From Escherichia phage Mimir124, in the sequence record PQ310662.1: a stretch of DNA of 64,000 bases; one strand, given 5' to 3'. The notes under the pieces were generated by a model. That model saw nothing but the letters and a program-made list of their open reading frames with translations. It ran no database searches and was not told the origin of the DNA. A program made the translations under genes and the position numbers. The stretch's first letter is position 1. Every line of letters starts with the position of its first letter. Shown here piece after piece: positions 45,780 to 55,372 of this stretch.

Positions 45780-46982
45780 TTACAGAGGAGCAACAGTCTT
45801 AATCAGAGCCAGACGTTCTGGGCGTTTAACCAGAATACCGTAGTACCACTTGATAGAACTGAAACCAGTCTCACCATACGGGTCATTACGGTCAGCAGTT
45901 TCTTTACCTGGCATCTTAGTCATGATGGTGAACTTAACAGACTTACCATCAGTCTGGAAGCCAATGGTAGAGAAGGAGTCATCACCAACTACCAGCATCG
46001 GGAATACGTCGTAGTGTTCTTCACCACTAACCATAGAAGAACGATAACCCGGGTTAGTAGTAACCTGAGCACCAGCACCTGCCCAATGCAGCATCTCAGG
46101 AACCTGGATAATACGGAACTTGTCGATACAACCAATCTCACCATTCATCAGAGTACCAGCATCAGCATAGTGCTGAACCTCGATGAATGCTTTGTTACCG
46201 AACAGGTCTTTCATCGCTTTCAGTTCTGGAACCAGCTCAGAACCTACGTACATTACACGAGTACCACCAAGTACTTTGGTATCAGTAAGTTTAGAACCAG
46301 TGATGATAGTAGTCTGGGTCGGAGTACGGTTCTCAGTAAGAATCTGGTCAAGACGCATCAGGTTCTTATAAGAAACTACAGACGGGGTAGCACCTTCACC
46401 AGTGATGGTAGCATCAGAGGTAGCAGCACCTGCATACAGTACAGTACCAGCAGCAGCCAACAGGTCTTTCTGGAGAACAGCTTCAGTCAACTGTACAGCA
46501 CCGTTCATCAGTTCACGAGACAGGTGTTCTTTCAGTTGGTCATCAGAATCAAAGTCCAGGGACTCTTGAGTAAATTCATAGAAGAAACCGAACTTATGAA
46601 TGGAACCTTCACGAGACAGACGAGTAAAGCCTACACGGTTAACACGACCACCATTCTCTGTCAGCAGAGGCAGTTTAGAGGTGATGTTACCAACGTCTCT
46701 GGAAGAGCCATACAGGTTACCATTAACGATGGTAGCTCCATTAGCATCAATACCCTGGTCGTTGATGTTCTTATCATCAAGCAATGGAACGTACTCATAC
46801 ACCTTAACAGTCTTACCGTAGTTCTTCGGCATGTTAATGGTGTTAGCCAGTGGCATGAAATACTGGTCTTTACGGGACTGAATAATAGCTTTCTTCAGCC
46901 AGTAATAGGTATTCATCTGGTCGGAACCAGCACCATCAATGCTAGATTTCTGACCGTCAATTGGGGCGTTATAGTTTAACAT
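45780..46982 (-). CDS. major capsid protein
   Basis: 400 aa, matching the size class of the N4 major capsid protein; position between scaffold-like and head genes; hairpin just downstream. Confidence 0.55.
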   Translation of the reverse strand: MLNYNAPIDGQKSSIDGAGSDQMNTYYWLKKAIIQSRKDQYFMPLANTINMPKNYGKTVKVYEYVPLLDDKNINDQGIDANGATIVNGNLYGSSRDVGNITSKLPLLTENGGRVNRVGFTRLSREGSIHKFGFFYEFTQESLDFDSDDQLKEHLSRELMNGAVQLTEAVLQKDLLAAAGTVLYAGAATSDATITGEGATPSVVSYKNLMRLDQILTENRTPTQTTIITGSKLTDTKVLGGTRVMYVGSELVPELKAMKDLFGNKAFIEVQHYADAGTLMNGEIGCIDKFRIIQVPEMLHWAGAGAQVTTNPGYRSSMVSGEEHYDVFPMLVVGDDSFSTIGFQTDGKSVKFTIMTKMPGKETADRNDPYGETGFSSIKWYYGILVKRPERLALIKTVAPL

Positions 46983-46998
46983 ATCATCTTATTCCTGT

Positions 46999-48219
46999 TT
47001 AAAGACTACCCGGTACTGGGAGTTTAGCGAAATCTTCATCACTCATAGCGAGTGGGTTTACAATAGGTGTTGCTTTACGTGTAGCAGCCCGATTGAGGGA
47101 AGCTGCTTTAGCTTGCTCACTGTTAGCCAGAGTCTGCTTAGGTTGTGCTACACGCACTACCGGCTGAACCACTGGCTTAACTGCTTGTACCGGTTCTGGC
47201 TTAGCTACTCGGTTAAATGCCCCTTGCTGTGCAAGGAGGTTACCGACGTGGTTATAAGCCTGAATGAACGGAGTACCTACCGGAATCTGGCCTAACATCT
47301 GAAGACGGTTCACTTCGTTTGCAATGGTGTCATAAATACCATTCTCACGTTGTTCGTGAATAGTCTGGAGTAGGCCACGATTCTGGTAAAGAGCATCTTT
47401 ACTGGCAGCATCCCATGTCGAGCCGATAACACCTAATGTAGCTTGTCCTTCTTGAGTAGACTTTAAGTCGTCAATTTCGGTTGCAAAATCTGCTTCGGTG
47501 TCGGTAACACGGTGATTGCCACCCTGGTAATTAATTTCCTCATCTGGGTTAAAGTCCAGAGGATCTGTACCAGAGTCTTTGAGCAACTTCTTAATGGCTT
47601 CAGGATTCTTTTTATCCAGGTCAATCAGGAAAGAAAGTTTATCCTCATCCATTAAACCGTTGTTCTGTAACATCAGCATTACCTTACGGTAAGGCTTTAG
47701 TTCTTGCATCTTACGAGTATAGTTAGCACCCATCTGCATCAGGCTAATGGCCTCCTCCGGTGAACGGGGAGTAATCACTTTGCCGTTAGCTTTAAAAGGA
47801 GCCATCAACTTTTCGTAACTTTCCTTATAGTTGAAGTCAGCAGGCAGACCTTCAGACTGTTTGCCTTCTTCTTCCTGTTCCTGGCCTGGTTCAGCAGTAG
47901 AAGGTTCAGCTTTAGTAATCGGCTCGCCGTTACTATCAACTTCTGTGTCAACAACTTTATCATCAACTTTATCAGAAGTTAAAGGATTTGCTGAATCTTC
48001 TTCATCTAGTTCGACTTCAGGGGAGGTTTCTTCGGTTGGTAGGTCTTCAACAGCAGGGGTGTCAACTTCTTCTTCAGGAGTCTGTACGCCGTTGGTTTCT
48101 GGGTTGTTCTGAGTGGAAGTATCTTCCTCAGCAATAATTGCTGGGGCTTCCATATTCAGAATCTCATCATCCGACATTGCGAGAATGTCGGAAGCTGTGG
48201 TTGCAGCTTCCGTAGTCAT
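46999..48219 (-). CDS. putative scaffolding / head assembly protein
   Basis: 406 aa, strongly acidic low-complexity N-terminal half, between portal and capsid genes. Confidence 0.35.
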   Translation of the reverse strand: MTTEAATTASDILAMSDDEILNMEAPAIIAEEDTSTQNNPETNGVQTPEEEVDTPAVEDLPTEETSPEVELDEEDSANPLTSDKVDDKVVDTEVDSNGEPITKAEPSTAEPGQEQEEEGKQSEGLPADFNYKESYEKLMAPFKANGKVITPRSPEEAISLMQMGANYTRKMQELKPYRKVMLMLQNNGLMDEDKLSFLIDLDKKNPEAIKKLLKDSGTDPLDFNPDEEINYQGGNHRVTDTEADFATEIDDLKSTQEGQATLGVIGSTWDAASKDALYQNRGLLQTIHEQRENGIYDTIANEVNRLQMLGQIPVGTPFIQAYNHVGNLLAQQGAFNRVAKPEPVQAVKPVVQPVVRVAQPKQTLANSEQAKAASLNRAATRKATPIVNPLAMSDEDFAKLPVPGSL

Positions 48220-48238
48220 AGGAAATATCTCCGGTTAA

Positions 48239-48583
48239 TTATTCGTCTTCAGGTTCAGCACGAACTGCGTCGAGTTCTTCTTCTACCTGTAGAATAACGT
48301 CAGCTTCGTTTTCGCCCATACGAATAGCGAGGTCAAGCCAACGACGTAAGTGACCAGCAGCTTGAGCCATGTTCAATGCATCTGCACGGTTATTAGCTTC
48401 AAGCAGTGGGTCACCAGACTCTTGCACGTAACGTGCACAATCTTCCGTACAGAACTGGCGAAGGATTACTTTACGGAACAGTGGATTCTCCAGAAGTTTA
48501 CGTACATCTTCTGCATGTGCAACTGCACCTTTAGCAGCTTCCAGTCGATGTTCCAGTCCAGCGATTGTTGATTCTTTACTCAT
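48239..48583 (-). CDS. hypothetical protein
   Basis: 114-aa ORF between portal and scaffold-like genes. Confidence 0.35.
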   Translation of the reverse strand: MSKESTIAGLEHRLEAAKGAVAHAEDVRKLLENPLFRKVILRQFCTEDCARYVQESGDPLLEANNRADALNMAQAAGHLRRWLDLAIRMGENEADVILQVEEELDAVRAEPEDE

Positions 48584-48596
48584 GTGAAGGTCTGCC

Positions 48597-50867
48597 TTAC
48601 AGGTTCATGCCAAGAGCCGATGCTGGGTCTTGGCTAGGGTCATAGAATTGGGAACTAAGTGAATAAGCCGGGTCTTGCTGAGCAGCTATATCACGTTCTG
48701 GTATAGAGTTCCCATCAGTCAAAGTATTATATCCAACAGCAGCAGATATGTTGGGGGTAGTTTCCCCTTCTTTAATAGGTGTTGTCAATGCCTTAGTTAT
48801 CTGAAGGTTCTGGTTTCCTTGAGACTGTGCTTTTTGTTTTTCCATATCACGAGCATGTTTAGTACCAGATTCCTGTTCCAGATAATCCAAGTCTTTAAGG
48901 TCACCAGCAGAAGCAGCCTCTTTAGCCTTAGCCATATTGAGTGCAATCTTACTCTGCAACTCTTCATTCTCAAGCTGTGCTTTCTGAATTGCCAATTGCT
49001 TAAGCTGTTCTTCCATAGGGTCTGGTTGTGGTTGCCAAGTACGTAATTCATGAGCCAGGTCAGGCATACGTTTAAGTTCTGCAATCTTAGCTACGAGAGA
49101 TAACGTAATAGTCTGGTCAACCGTATTACCCAATGTTTGAACCATGAAGCTCAAATCCTGAGACTTCTGGTTATCAATTTCAGCAGTGTTAATATCAACC
49201 TCAATGTCGAAGTTACCTTTAAGGTCTTCACGGTTAATCTCTACATACTGCTCGTTAGTAATACGTACTACTTCTTTCTCAGATAAGAACACAGCATTCA
49301 TTGCACAAATCTTAGTACCAATGTCTGCCATACCCTTAGCTAATCGACGAAGGATTGCCATCTCTCGTTTAGATGCTGCATCAAGTGCACCACGAATACC
49401 AGCAGCCACGTCCCCATAAGCTGAGCCAGTTACACCACCAGAGAATGCTTTAACACCAGTTAGGGATTCTGCTTCCTGGTTTTGCATCTGGGTCATTACT
49501 ATTGCCGACTGAGGTAACTCTGGGAACTTATGTTCCATAATGGCCTGACTAGGATTACCCTGCATTGGGTTATATTCATAGTCTTGCCCATCGTCATATC
49601 GACGTCGGTTCAGTGTATCCAGCATCCCTTTAGGGTAGCCACGTTGACCATTTGCACTTCGACCTAACAGGTCAATCATCCCACGCATAGTTGCACCAAG
49701 AATTGCTTGGTTATCCCCTAATAGTTCAGCATCAGCTTCACCAAAGAGTTCGCGTTTACGTGGCATGTAAGGAACAACTACTAAAGGTAACTTACCATCC
49801 GGGAATGGGTTCTTCTCCATACGAATAAGAGTAGAACCAATCCAGGTAGCAACAATTGGTTCCAGAGAACCATCATCGTTGATGTCGTAAAATCCCCAGT
49901 ACTCATAAGCAACAACTTTCTTACGAAGTGCATCCTTAAACTGGAAGTCACTAGGAGTTTTACTTTCATGGTCTGGGTCAGTCATAGGGCTGGAGCTTTC
50001 CCAATCAATCTTATCCAGGTTGTGATAACGGTCTTTGTTCTTCATGAGGTCTGCTTTGCATGTCTCGAATGAAATGACTGCATAAAGAGCCTTATCCAAA
50101 TCACCATTACAGCTTGGGTCAATAACTACGTTATTAGGGTTAAGCATTTCAACGGTAGGTCTGTTAACCAGTGCTTTCTCTACCTCTACCTCAGTAACTC
50201 CAGTCTGGATTGCATAAGTAGCTTCACCAGTTTCATTAAAGTAGTTAACAGCTTCCTTAATATCTTCAGACATTGTTTCATCATACTCACGAGGATTCTC
50301 AGCCTGAAGTTGTAAAGCCTGTTGAAGAACATCTGCCTGTTCCTGTTTCTCAATGGGATACAGCTGGAAGACTGGGGTTTCTGTTTTAATCTTAACAGTC
50401 TTACGTTCCCAACCGATACGAGCAATACCAGTACCATCGTCTACGATACTATGCACGTAATCATCCACCAGTTTTACTTTATTAAGCTGGGTACGGAATT
50501 GGTAGTTAAGAACTAACTCATTCTGACGTGCAGCTAACTCATCTTCAAAAGTAACAGGTGTTAGCTTAAAGAGTTTACTGGATGAGAGGAATGGTTCAGA
50601 TAATGGTGCATAACGCCACTCCGCCTGACGGCGAACCAGTCTAGGCTGGACTTGTGAACGTCCCTTAATCTTTGGGGGTTTAGCTTTACCCTTGACTTCC
50701 ATTAGGTCATTCCACTCACGAATCTGAGACATGATTGCATCATGAGCAGGTTTAGCAGATTCCAAATCACCCTTCAGTAATTGGATACTTGGTTCCTTCT
50801 TCCAGTCCGTTAACTTCTCTGATTGAGTCGGGTCTGGTAAAGGCTTAAAAGAGTCTTGGTGTTCCAT
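48597..50867 (-). CDS. portal protein
   Basis: 756 aa; size and position upstream of scaffold and capsid genes. Confidence 0.5.
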   Translation of the reverse strand: MEHQDSFKPLPDPTQSEKLTDWKKEPSIQLLKGDLESAKPAHDAIMSQIREWNDLMEVKGKAKPPKIKGRSQVQPRLVRRQAEWRYAPLSEPFLSSSKLFKLTPVTFEDELAARQNELVLNYQFRTQLNKVKLVDDYVHSIVDDGTGIARIGWERKTVKIKTETPVFQLYPIEKQEQADVLQQALQLQAENPREYDETMSEDIKEAVNYFNETGEATYAIQTGVTEVEVEKALVNRPTVEMLNPNNVVIDPSCNGDLDKALYAVISFETCKADLMKNKDRYHNLDKIDWESSSPMTDPDHESKTPSDFQFKDALRKKVVAYEYWGFYDINDDGSLEPIVATWIGSTLIRMEKNPFPDGKLPLVVVPYMPRKRELFGEADAELLGDNQAILGATMRGMIDLLGRSANGQRGYPKGMLDTLNRRRYDDGQDYEYNPMQGNPSQAIMEHKFPELPQSAIVMTQMQNQEAESLTGVKAFSGGVTGSAYGDVAAGIRGALDAASKREMAILRRLAKGMADIGTKICAMNAVFLSEKEVVRITNEQYVEINREDLKGNFDIEVDINTAEIDNQKSQDLSFMVQTLGNTVDQTITLSLVAKIAELKRMPDLAHELRTWQPQPDPMEEQLKQLAIQKAQLENEELQSKIALNMAKAKEAASAGDLKDLDYLEQESGTKHARDMEKQKAQSQGNQNLQITKALTTPIKEGETTPNISAAVGYNTLTDGNSIPERDIAAQQDPAYSLSSQFYDPSQDPASALGMNL

Positions 50868-50875
50868 AGTTATTC

Positions 50876-51397
50876 CTATTCAAAAAGTTTACGGTCAGCC
50901 TGAATTTGTTTACCCAACTCAATTAGTTGGTTGTCACGGAGTCTAACAGTTGCCCGGAGTTCTTCAACCAAACGTCTGCCTTCTTCAAGACTATTGTCGA
51001 GTCTGGCTGCATGGCTTGCAAGACTTCTGCACTCAAAGGCTCCGGCTTCGGCTTGACGTTTATATACCGATGCTCGTCTTTCAGACTGTTGCATCCGGCT
51101 GTCATAATCACTGCTAACGCGAGCAAGCTCGCTTGCGTAATTACTCTCAGCCGTCTGCAACCGGGAAGTGAGTAACCCGACTTCATAACTATGGTTTCTT
51201 TGGAGAGCATTGTATTTGTCCTGTAATTTTTGTGTTGCCTTAAGGTCTTCGACCTTTTGGTCATCCCACTTCTTTTGAACAGTAGACTGTCCATTGGAAT
51301 TACCCCAAAAGTAAATGGTGGCCCCAAGGACCACCACCAGAAGATAAGGCCAACCTTTAGAGATTAGCATCTTCATTACATGCCTCCAGTGGCACAT
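50876..51397 (-). CDS. Rz-like i-spanin
   Basis: N-terminal TM helix ([16 protein letters not shown]) followed by coiled-coil-prone periplasmic domain; overlaps endolysin 3' end. Confidence 0.5.
   Translation of the reverse strand: MCHWRHVMKMLISKGWPYLLVVVLGATIYFWGNSNGQSTVQKKWDDQKVEDLKATQKLQDKYNALQRNHSYEVGLLTSRLQTAESNYASELARVSSDYDSRMQQSERRASVYKRQAEAGAFECRSLASHAARLDNSLEEGRRLVEELRATVRLRDNQLIELGKQIQADRKLFE
50923..51186 (-). CDS. Rz1-like o-spanin embedded out of frame within Rz
   Basis: Within ORF 50923..51327: signal peptide plus lipobox ([22 protein letters not shown]), Pro-rich mature part (KPKPEP); start at Met48 assumed. Confidence 0.4.
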   Translation of the reverse strand: MKSGYSLPGCRRLRVITQASLLALAVIMTAGCNSLKDEHRYINVKPKPEPLSAEVLQAMQPDSTIVLKKADVWLKNSGQLLDSVTTN

Positions 51398-51992
51398 TGC
51401 CTATTCGGTTAGCTACCCAACCATACGTAAAGTCTGGCATGTTTAATGAGGTGTAGTGGTTCAGTTGTTTGGCATCTAGTAACTTAATTATTACCTGACA
51501 TGCTGCAACTTTGCCTCTTTTTTTCTGTAATGCTTTATATGCATTAACAGTACCTGCACCGACTTTACCATCAACCTGTATTTTAGGGTAGTCTTTGCCA
51601 TCACGGGACATTTCATTAAGAGATAGCTGCAACCACTTAGCCGGACGGGATACACCAGTGTTAACACCAGCATCAACCAGTTTGTGCGTTATAGCAGGAG
51701 ATATATCAGCGAAGGCTACGAAGTTAGGCTTAAGTACGTAGTCATCAATGTATATCTCAGCAGCCATCTCTTTAGATAAACCTTTCATAGAACCATCCCA
51801 ACCATACTCAGTAGCCAGAACTTCTTTATGGGTCTTAGCTACTGATTGGGTAATACCATGATTAGTTTCCCCACCTGGGTCGCGAGGATTGTTTACGTAC
51901 CCTCCTTCCATATAGAACACTGCCCCCAGAATAGCAGCGACAACTCCTCCCACTGCACCCCCTTTTGCAGCGAGTTTCTGTTTAGCTTTCAT
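51357..51992 (-). CDS. endolysin, GH108-type N-acetylmuramidase with peptidoglycan-binding domain
   Basis: EGGYVNNPRDPGGETNHGIT signature near N-terminus; C-terminal PG-binding-like region. Confidence 0.65.
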   Translation of the reverse strand: MKAKQKLAAKGGAVGGVVAAILGAVFYMEGGYVNNPRDPGGETNHGITQSVAKTHKEVLATEYGWDGSMKGLSKEMAAEIYIDDYVLKPNFVAFADISPAITHKLVDAGVNTGVSRPAKWLQLSLNEMSRDGKDYPKIQVDGKVGAGTVNAYKALQKKRGKVAACQVIIKLLDAKQLNHYTSLNMPDFTYGWVANRIGNVPLEACNEDANL

Positions 51993-52308
51993 GAGATTTT
52001 TCCTTCGGTTGGAATCGTATTAATCTGCCTACAATGTTTAGGGCAAACAGTGCGATTGTAATACTGGAGCCATGTGGAATATCTTCCAGAATGTGACGAG
52101 GTAGTCCTGTTAGCATTGGTTGGATAATATCTACAGCAGAAAATAGTATTAACCCAAACGTACTAATCTGAACAGATGCCCACTTCCAGGACTTCTTCCA
52201 GTTAGGTACTAACTCAATCTTTCTTTTTAGCCTGCGAACCATGCGAATATCTCCCGTCTTGCAGCAGCCAATACACCAATAATTGCACCTGCTCCTGCCC
52301 ATACCCAC
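51982..52308 (-). CDS. putative holin (two TM helices; true start possibly Met at 52242)
   Basis: Hydrophobic segments ISTFGLILFSAVDIIQPML and SSITIALFALNIVGRLI; immediately upstream of endolysin. Confidence 0.4.
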   Translation of the reverse strand: MGMGRSRCNYWCIGCCKTGDIRMVRRLKRKIELVPNWKKSWKWASVQISTFGLILFSAVDIIQPMLTGLPRHILEDIPHGSSITIALFALNIVGRLIRFQPKEKSHES

Positions 52309-52592
52309 TTACCGAAGATACCAGCACCAACCACTTTGTGCTTAATGGTAATAAACTCTTCAATGGTGGGTTCCGACTTAGCAAGGCTATCCTCTACGTT
52401 TTTAAGTCTGCCTTCCATTTGCTGAACAGACTCCTTCAAACCAGATAAGGTTTGTTCCAGTTTATCCTTAGAACGTTCCTCCTTTTCTTGGTTCTTAAAT
52501 AATGTTTCCAGTCTTTCCTCCAATCGGGCAAGAAGAACCGAAGTCGATTCATCGCTCATGAGAAAGTCCTTATTGTTTGTAGTGACACCCAT
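52227..52592 (-). CDS. coiled-coil protein with C-terminal TM segment (lysis-associated?)
   Basis: 121 aa; C-terminal GAGIFGKWVWAGAGAIIGVLAAA. Confidence 0.3.
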   Translation of the reverse strand: MGVTTNNKDFLMSDESTSVLLARLEERLETLFKNQEKEERSKDKLEQTLSGLKESVQQMEGRLKNVEDSLAKSEPTIEEFITIKHKVVGAGIFGKWVWAGAGAIIGVLAAARREIFAWFAG

Positions 52593-52684
52593 ACGGGACG
52601 TATCAGAAGAGTCTGACTGAAAGATAATACTGATTTAGGTTTGTAGAGGGAAGTGAGAAAAGCCTCCCGCATGGGAGGCTTATT

Positions 52685-52945
52685 TTAAACAGACTGTTTT
52701 AGTGCAGCTTCTGCTTCTGCAATGGGATTACCAGAACCAGAATAGGTAAAGGGGAATCGGTTAGCACTACCCTGCTTACCGTCTATGGTAACAAGGTACT
52801 CTGCTACACCATCATTACCAAATAAGCTGACAATACCCTTAACATCAAAAGTTGCCGTAACTTGTTCCATGACAGAGTCAGAGATTACATTGTACTCTGG
52901 GTAAGAACTTTTTTTACTAGTATTAATTTGCTTAGTAAAAGACAT
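52685..52945 (-). CDS. hypothetical protein
   Basis: 86-aa ORF downstream of tail fiber gene. Confidence 0.35.
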   Translation of the reverse strand: MSFTKQINTSKKSSYPEYNVISDSVMEQVTATFDVKGIVSLFGNDGVAEYLVTIDGKQGSANRFPFTYSGSGNPIAEAEAALKQSV

Positions 52946-52953
52946 AAATAACC

Positions 52954-55320
52954 TTAGCTGGATGCCAGCACTTTATTTGCTATAAGAGAAGCAATCAACG
53001 CATTAACGGCCACAGAAGCTGGGTCAGTACCTGTACTTGGAGTTACTGCTGCTCCCTTAGTGACAGGACCTACTACTATGACACCAGACGGATTATCTGA
53101 TGTTGGTTTGTTAGAGGACAGCCTCAAGTAACCATCAGAACCTACCCAGCAATAATACCCATTAAGGATGATATAGCCATCACGATAATCCCCAACGTAA
53201 GCAGTTCCTCCCTTCTGCCTTGACCCAATCCAACCCGAACCAGCAGACATAGTTTTACGGAGTTGGTTACCCTGCATACAAGGGTTGGTCACATTAGAAG
53301 ATAGGACCACAGACTGAGATACAGTAGGTCTATCCATACAGCCTGCCCCAACTATTGGGTAGTCTTCCTGAGACAGCTGCATAGTAATGGCATCCGTAGA
53401 TGTAGACAACCCATTAATATTATAGAGATTATTGCTACCAATAGTCTGAGCTGCACCTGTAACGGGGTTAGTGGTCCCAGCACCTGTACGGAAAGCGATG
53501 TTTATACTACTACCAGTACCTACACCTGTGCAGGTAATATTGTACGTAGAATCAGAACCACCCAATTTCAGGCCAGACTTACATACGGCAGTTACGATAC
53601 AACCAACCAAATCTCTCAGCTCTATTGCATATTTAGCTATACTAATTCCAGAGAACACAGTAGTAGAGCAACCTTGTAGAAAAGTCTGTCCACCAATTAA
53701 CCCATCTACAACAGAATCACGCAATCCGTATAACCAGATACTACGAAGCACCGTAGACCGAGATGGTTCCACCCGAATTCCCTGTATAACCATATTTCTA
53801 TTGGGTACATAGTAAGGAGTAAAGATGGCATCTACGTAGAAACCGTAGTTACCCTGAGAACCAGTGGCATTCGCATCTTTGGTTGAGATTTTACCAATCA
53901 CCAGACCGGGGGAACTCATTACCTTGAATACAGCATTATCGGTAGTAGAGCTAGAACCAGATAAAGTCACACTATCTATAATTGAGTGACCGAATACATA
54001 AGTAGTATTCATACTGGATGGTTCATACGCACCTAACACATTATTGTTAGTAAAATGAAAGTTATATAAGAAGCTGTTAACAGATCGCCCAATAGTAACA
54101 CCATCTACCTTAACCCCAGCAGATTGTCTAATCTCCAATCGTTTTATATAACCAGCCCCTACGATTGAGACATTTTCAATGTAACCAACTTTAGCAATCC
54201 AAGGGTTAACATGAGTAAATTCCAACCGCTTATCCAGAACAATACTGGTAGACGTAATGGACTTAACTCGAACCACTTCGAAGTAGGCAGACTTGGCCTC
54301 TACCCCATCAGTACCATCAGTGTTCTCAATACGCAGTAAATCATTTACTGCGAATAGGGCTGTATAATCCCCCGGTATAGTATAACCATCTGATGACAGA
54401 GTACCTGTGTACTTGACGGCAGACTTGAGAATGGAGATTACAGGTTTCTGGTAAGGGTAACGAAGACCGGAACTCAAGGTAAGAGATGAGCTGGACGCAG
54501 CAGCTACAGTAGCAATATCAGAGCCAATTTCATTACCCTGAGAGGCACTACCTCCGTCAGTATCGTTAAGACGTACTACAACAGTGTCTCCTACGTTAAA
54601 ATCCAGAGCATTACCCTGAGAGGCACTACCTCCGTCAGTATCGTTAAGACGTACTACAACAGTGTCTCCTACGTTAAATCCAGAGAAGTCACCAGATAAT
54701 ACTGTGGTTCCTGCTGGGATATCTGACCATGCAGCGTCACTGTTTACTGTCCTTGTAGTGGAGAAGTACTCGCCTTTAACAATTACAGAGAACTGTAAGT
54801 TAGCATTCTGATTCAGCTGGATACTAACGCTTTTGTCAATGTTAAGTGTGTTACCTATGTAATTACCAGCTGGGAAAACCAGAGGCCACTTTTTAGATAT
54901 TGCAGCATTGGCAGCTAATAGTATTGCAGCAGTATCGTCAGTAACACCATCCCCTTTAGCCCCATACATTTGAGGAGTAACGTAGTTAAGACCACCGATA
55001 AGGGATGTTCCTGTCAGAGAAGACAGAGCATCTGCTAACCAACCCCCAGGTTGAGCCTTGGTTAGTGTAAATTGTCCAACATCTGTAGTAAGAATCAGGG
55101 AATCAGACGATACTGACCATGCTACAGGAGTACCTGTGGCGTTACCCGTAAACCAACAGGTTTCAGTAATTGGGTCATACAAAACTGTATACCCATTCAC
55201 AGGTGAATGCTTATTTATATAACCAACAGCAGATACAGCAATGCCAAGCATCCTGGCTATGGCTTGCTTGTTGGTCTGTTTAGCCACTGGGCCAGTAGGC
55301 TGAGTAAACATCTTATTCAT
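52954..55320 (-). CDS. tail fiber / tail appendage protein with internal 26-aa tandem duplication
   Basis: 788 aa, Gly/Ser/Thr/Asn-rich beta-rich sequence; contains FNVGDTVVVRLNDTDGGSASQGN twice. Confidence 0.5.
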   Translation of the reverse strand: MNKMFTQPTGPVAKQTNKQAIARMLGIAVSAVGYINKHSPVNGYTVLYDPITETCWFTGNATGTPVAWSVSSDSLILTTDVGQFTLTKAQPGGWLADALSSLTGTSLIGGLNYVTPQMYGAKGDGVTDDTAAILLAANAAISKKWPLVFPAGNYIGNTLNIDKSVSIQLNQNANLQFSVIVKGEYFSTTRTVNSDAAWSDIPAGTTVLSGDFSGFNVGDTVVVRLNDTDGGSASQGNALDFNVGDTVVVRLNDTDGGSASQGNEIGSDIATVAAASSSSLTLSSGLRYPYQKPVISILKSAVKYTGTLSSDGYTIPGDYTALFAVNDLLRIENTDGTDGVEAKSAYFEVVRVKSITSTSIVLDKRLEFTHVNPWIAKVGYIENVSIVGAGYIKRLEIRQSAGVKVDGVTIGRSVNSFLYNFHFTNNNVLGAYEPSSMNTTYVFGHSIIDSVTLSGSSSTTDNAVFKVMSSPGLVIGKISTKDANATGSQGNYGFYVDAIFTPYYVPNRNMVIQGIRVEPSRSTVLRSIWLYGLRDSVVDGLIGGQTFLQGCSTTVFSGISIAKYAIELRDLVGCIVTAVCKSGLKLGGSDSTYNITCTGVGTGSSINIAFRTGAGTTNPVTGAAQTIGSNNLYNINGLSTSTDAITMQLSQEDYPIVGAGCMDRPTVSQSVVLSSNVTNPCMQGNQLRKTMSAGSGWIGSRQKGGTAYVGDYRDGYIILNGYYCWVGSDGYLRLSSNKPTSDNPSGVIVVGPVTKGAAVTPSTGTDPASVAVNALIASLIANKVLASS
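54533..54688. repeat. tandem direct repeat, 2 units of 78 bp (first 68 bp identical) inside tail fiber CDS
   Basis: TTACCCTGAGAGGCACTACCTCCGTCAGTATCGTTAAGACGTACTACAACAGTGTCTCCTACGTTAAA at 54533-54600 and again at 54611-54678. Confidence 0.8.
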
Positions 55321-55372
55321 GGGATAATCCTCATGTTGTAGTTTTAATGGGCCACATAAAGTGGCCCATGGT

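Noticed and set aside
45561-46979. 472-aa + strand ORF spanning almost exactly the major capsid gene on the opposite strand
   Set aside because: Low-complexity S/T/V/L-rich translation, no RBS, complete overlap with a well-supported - strand gene in a uniformly - strand block; interpreted as an antisense artefact of codon composition.
54533-54688. CRISPR array or other spacer-repeat structure
   Set aside because: Only two adjacent units with no unique spacers, located in-frame within a tail fiber CDS; a coding tandem duplication, not a CRISPR array.
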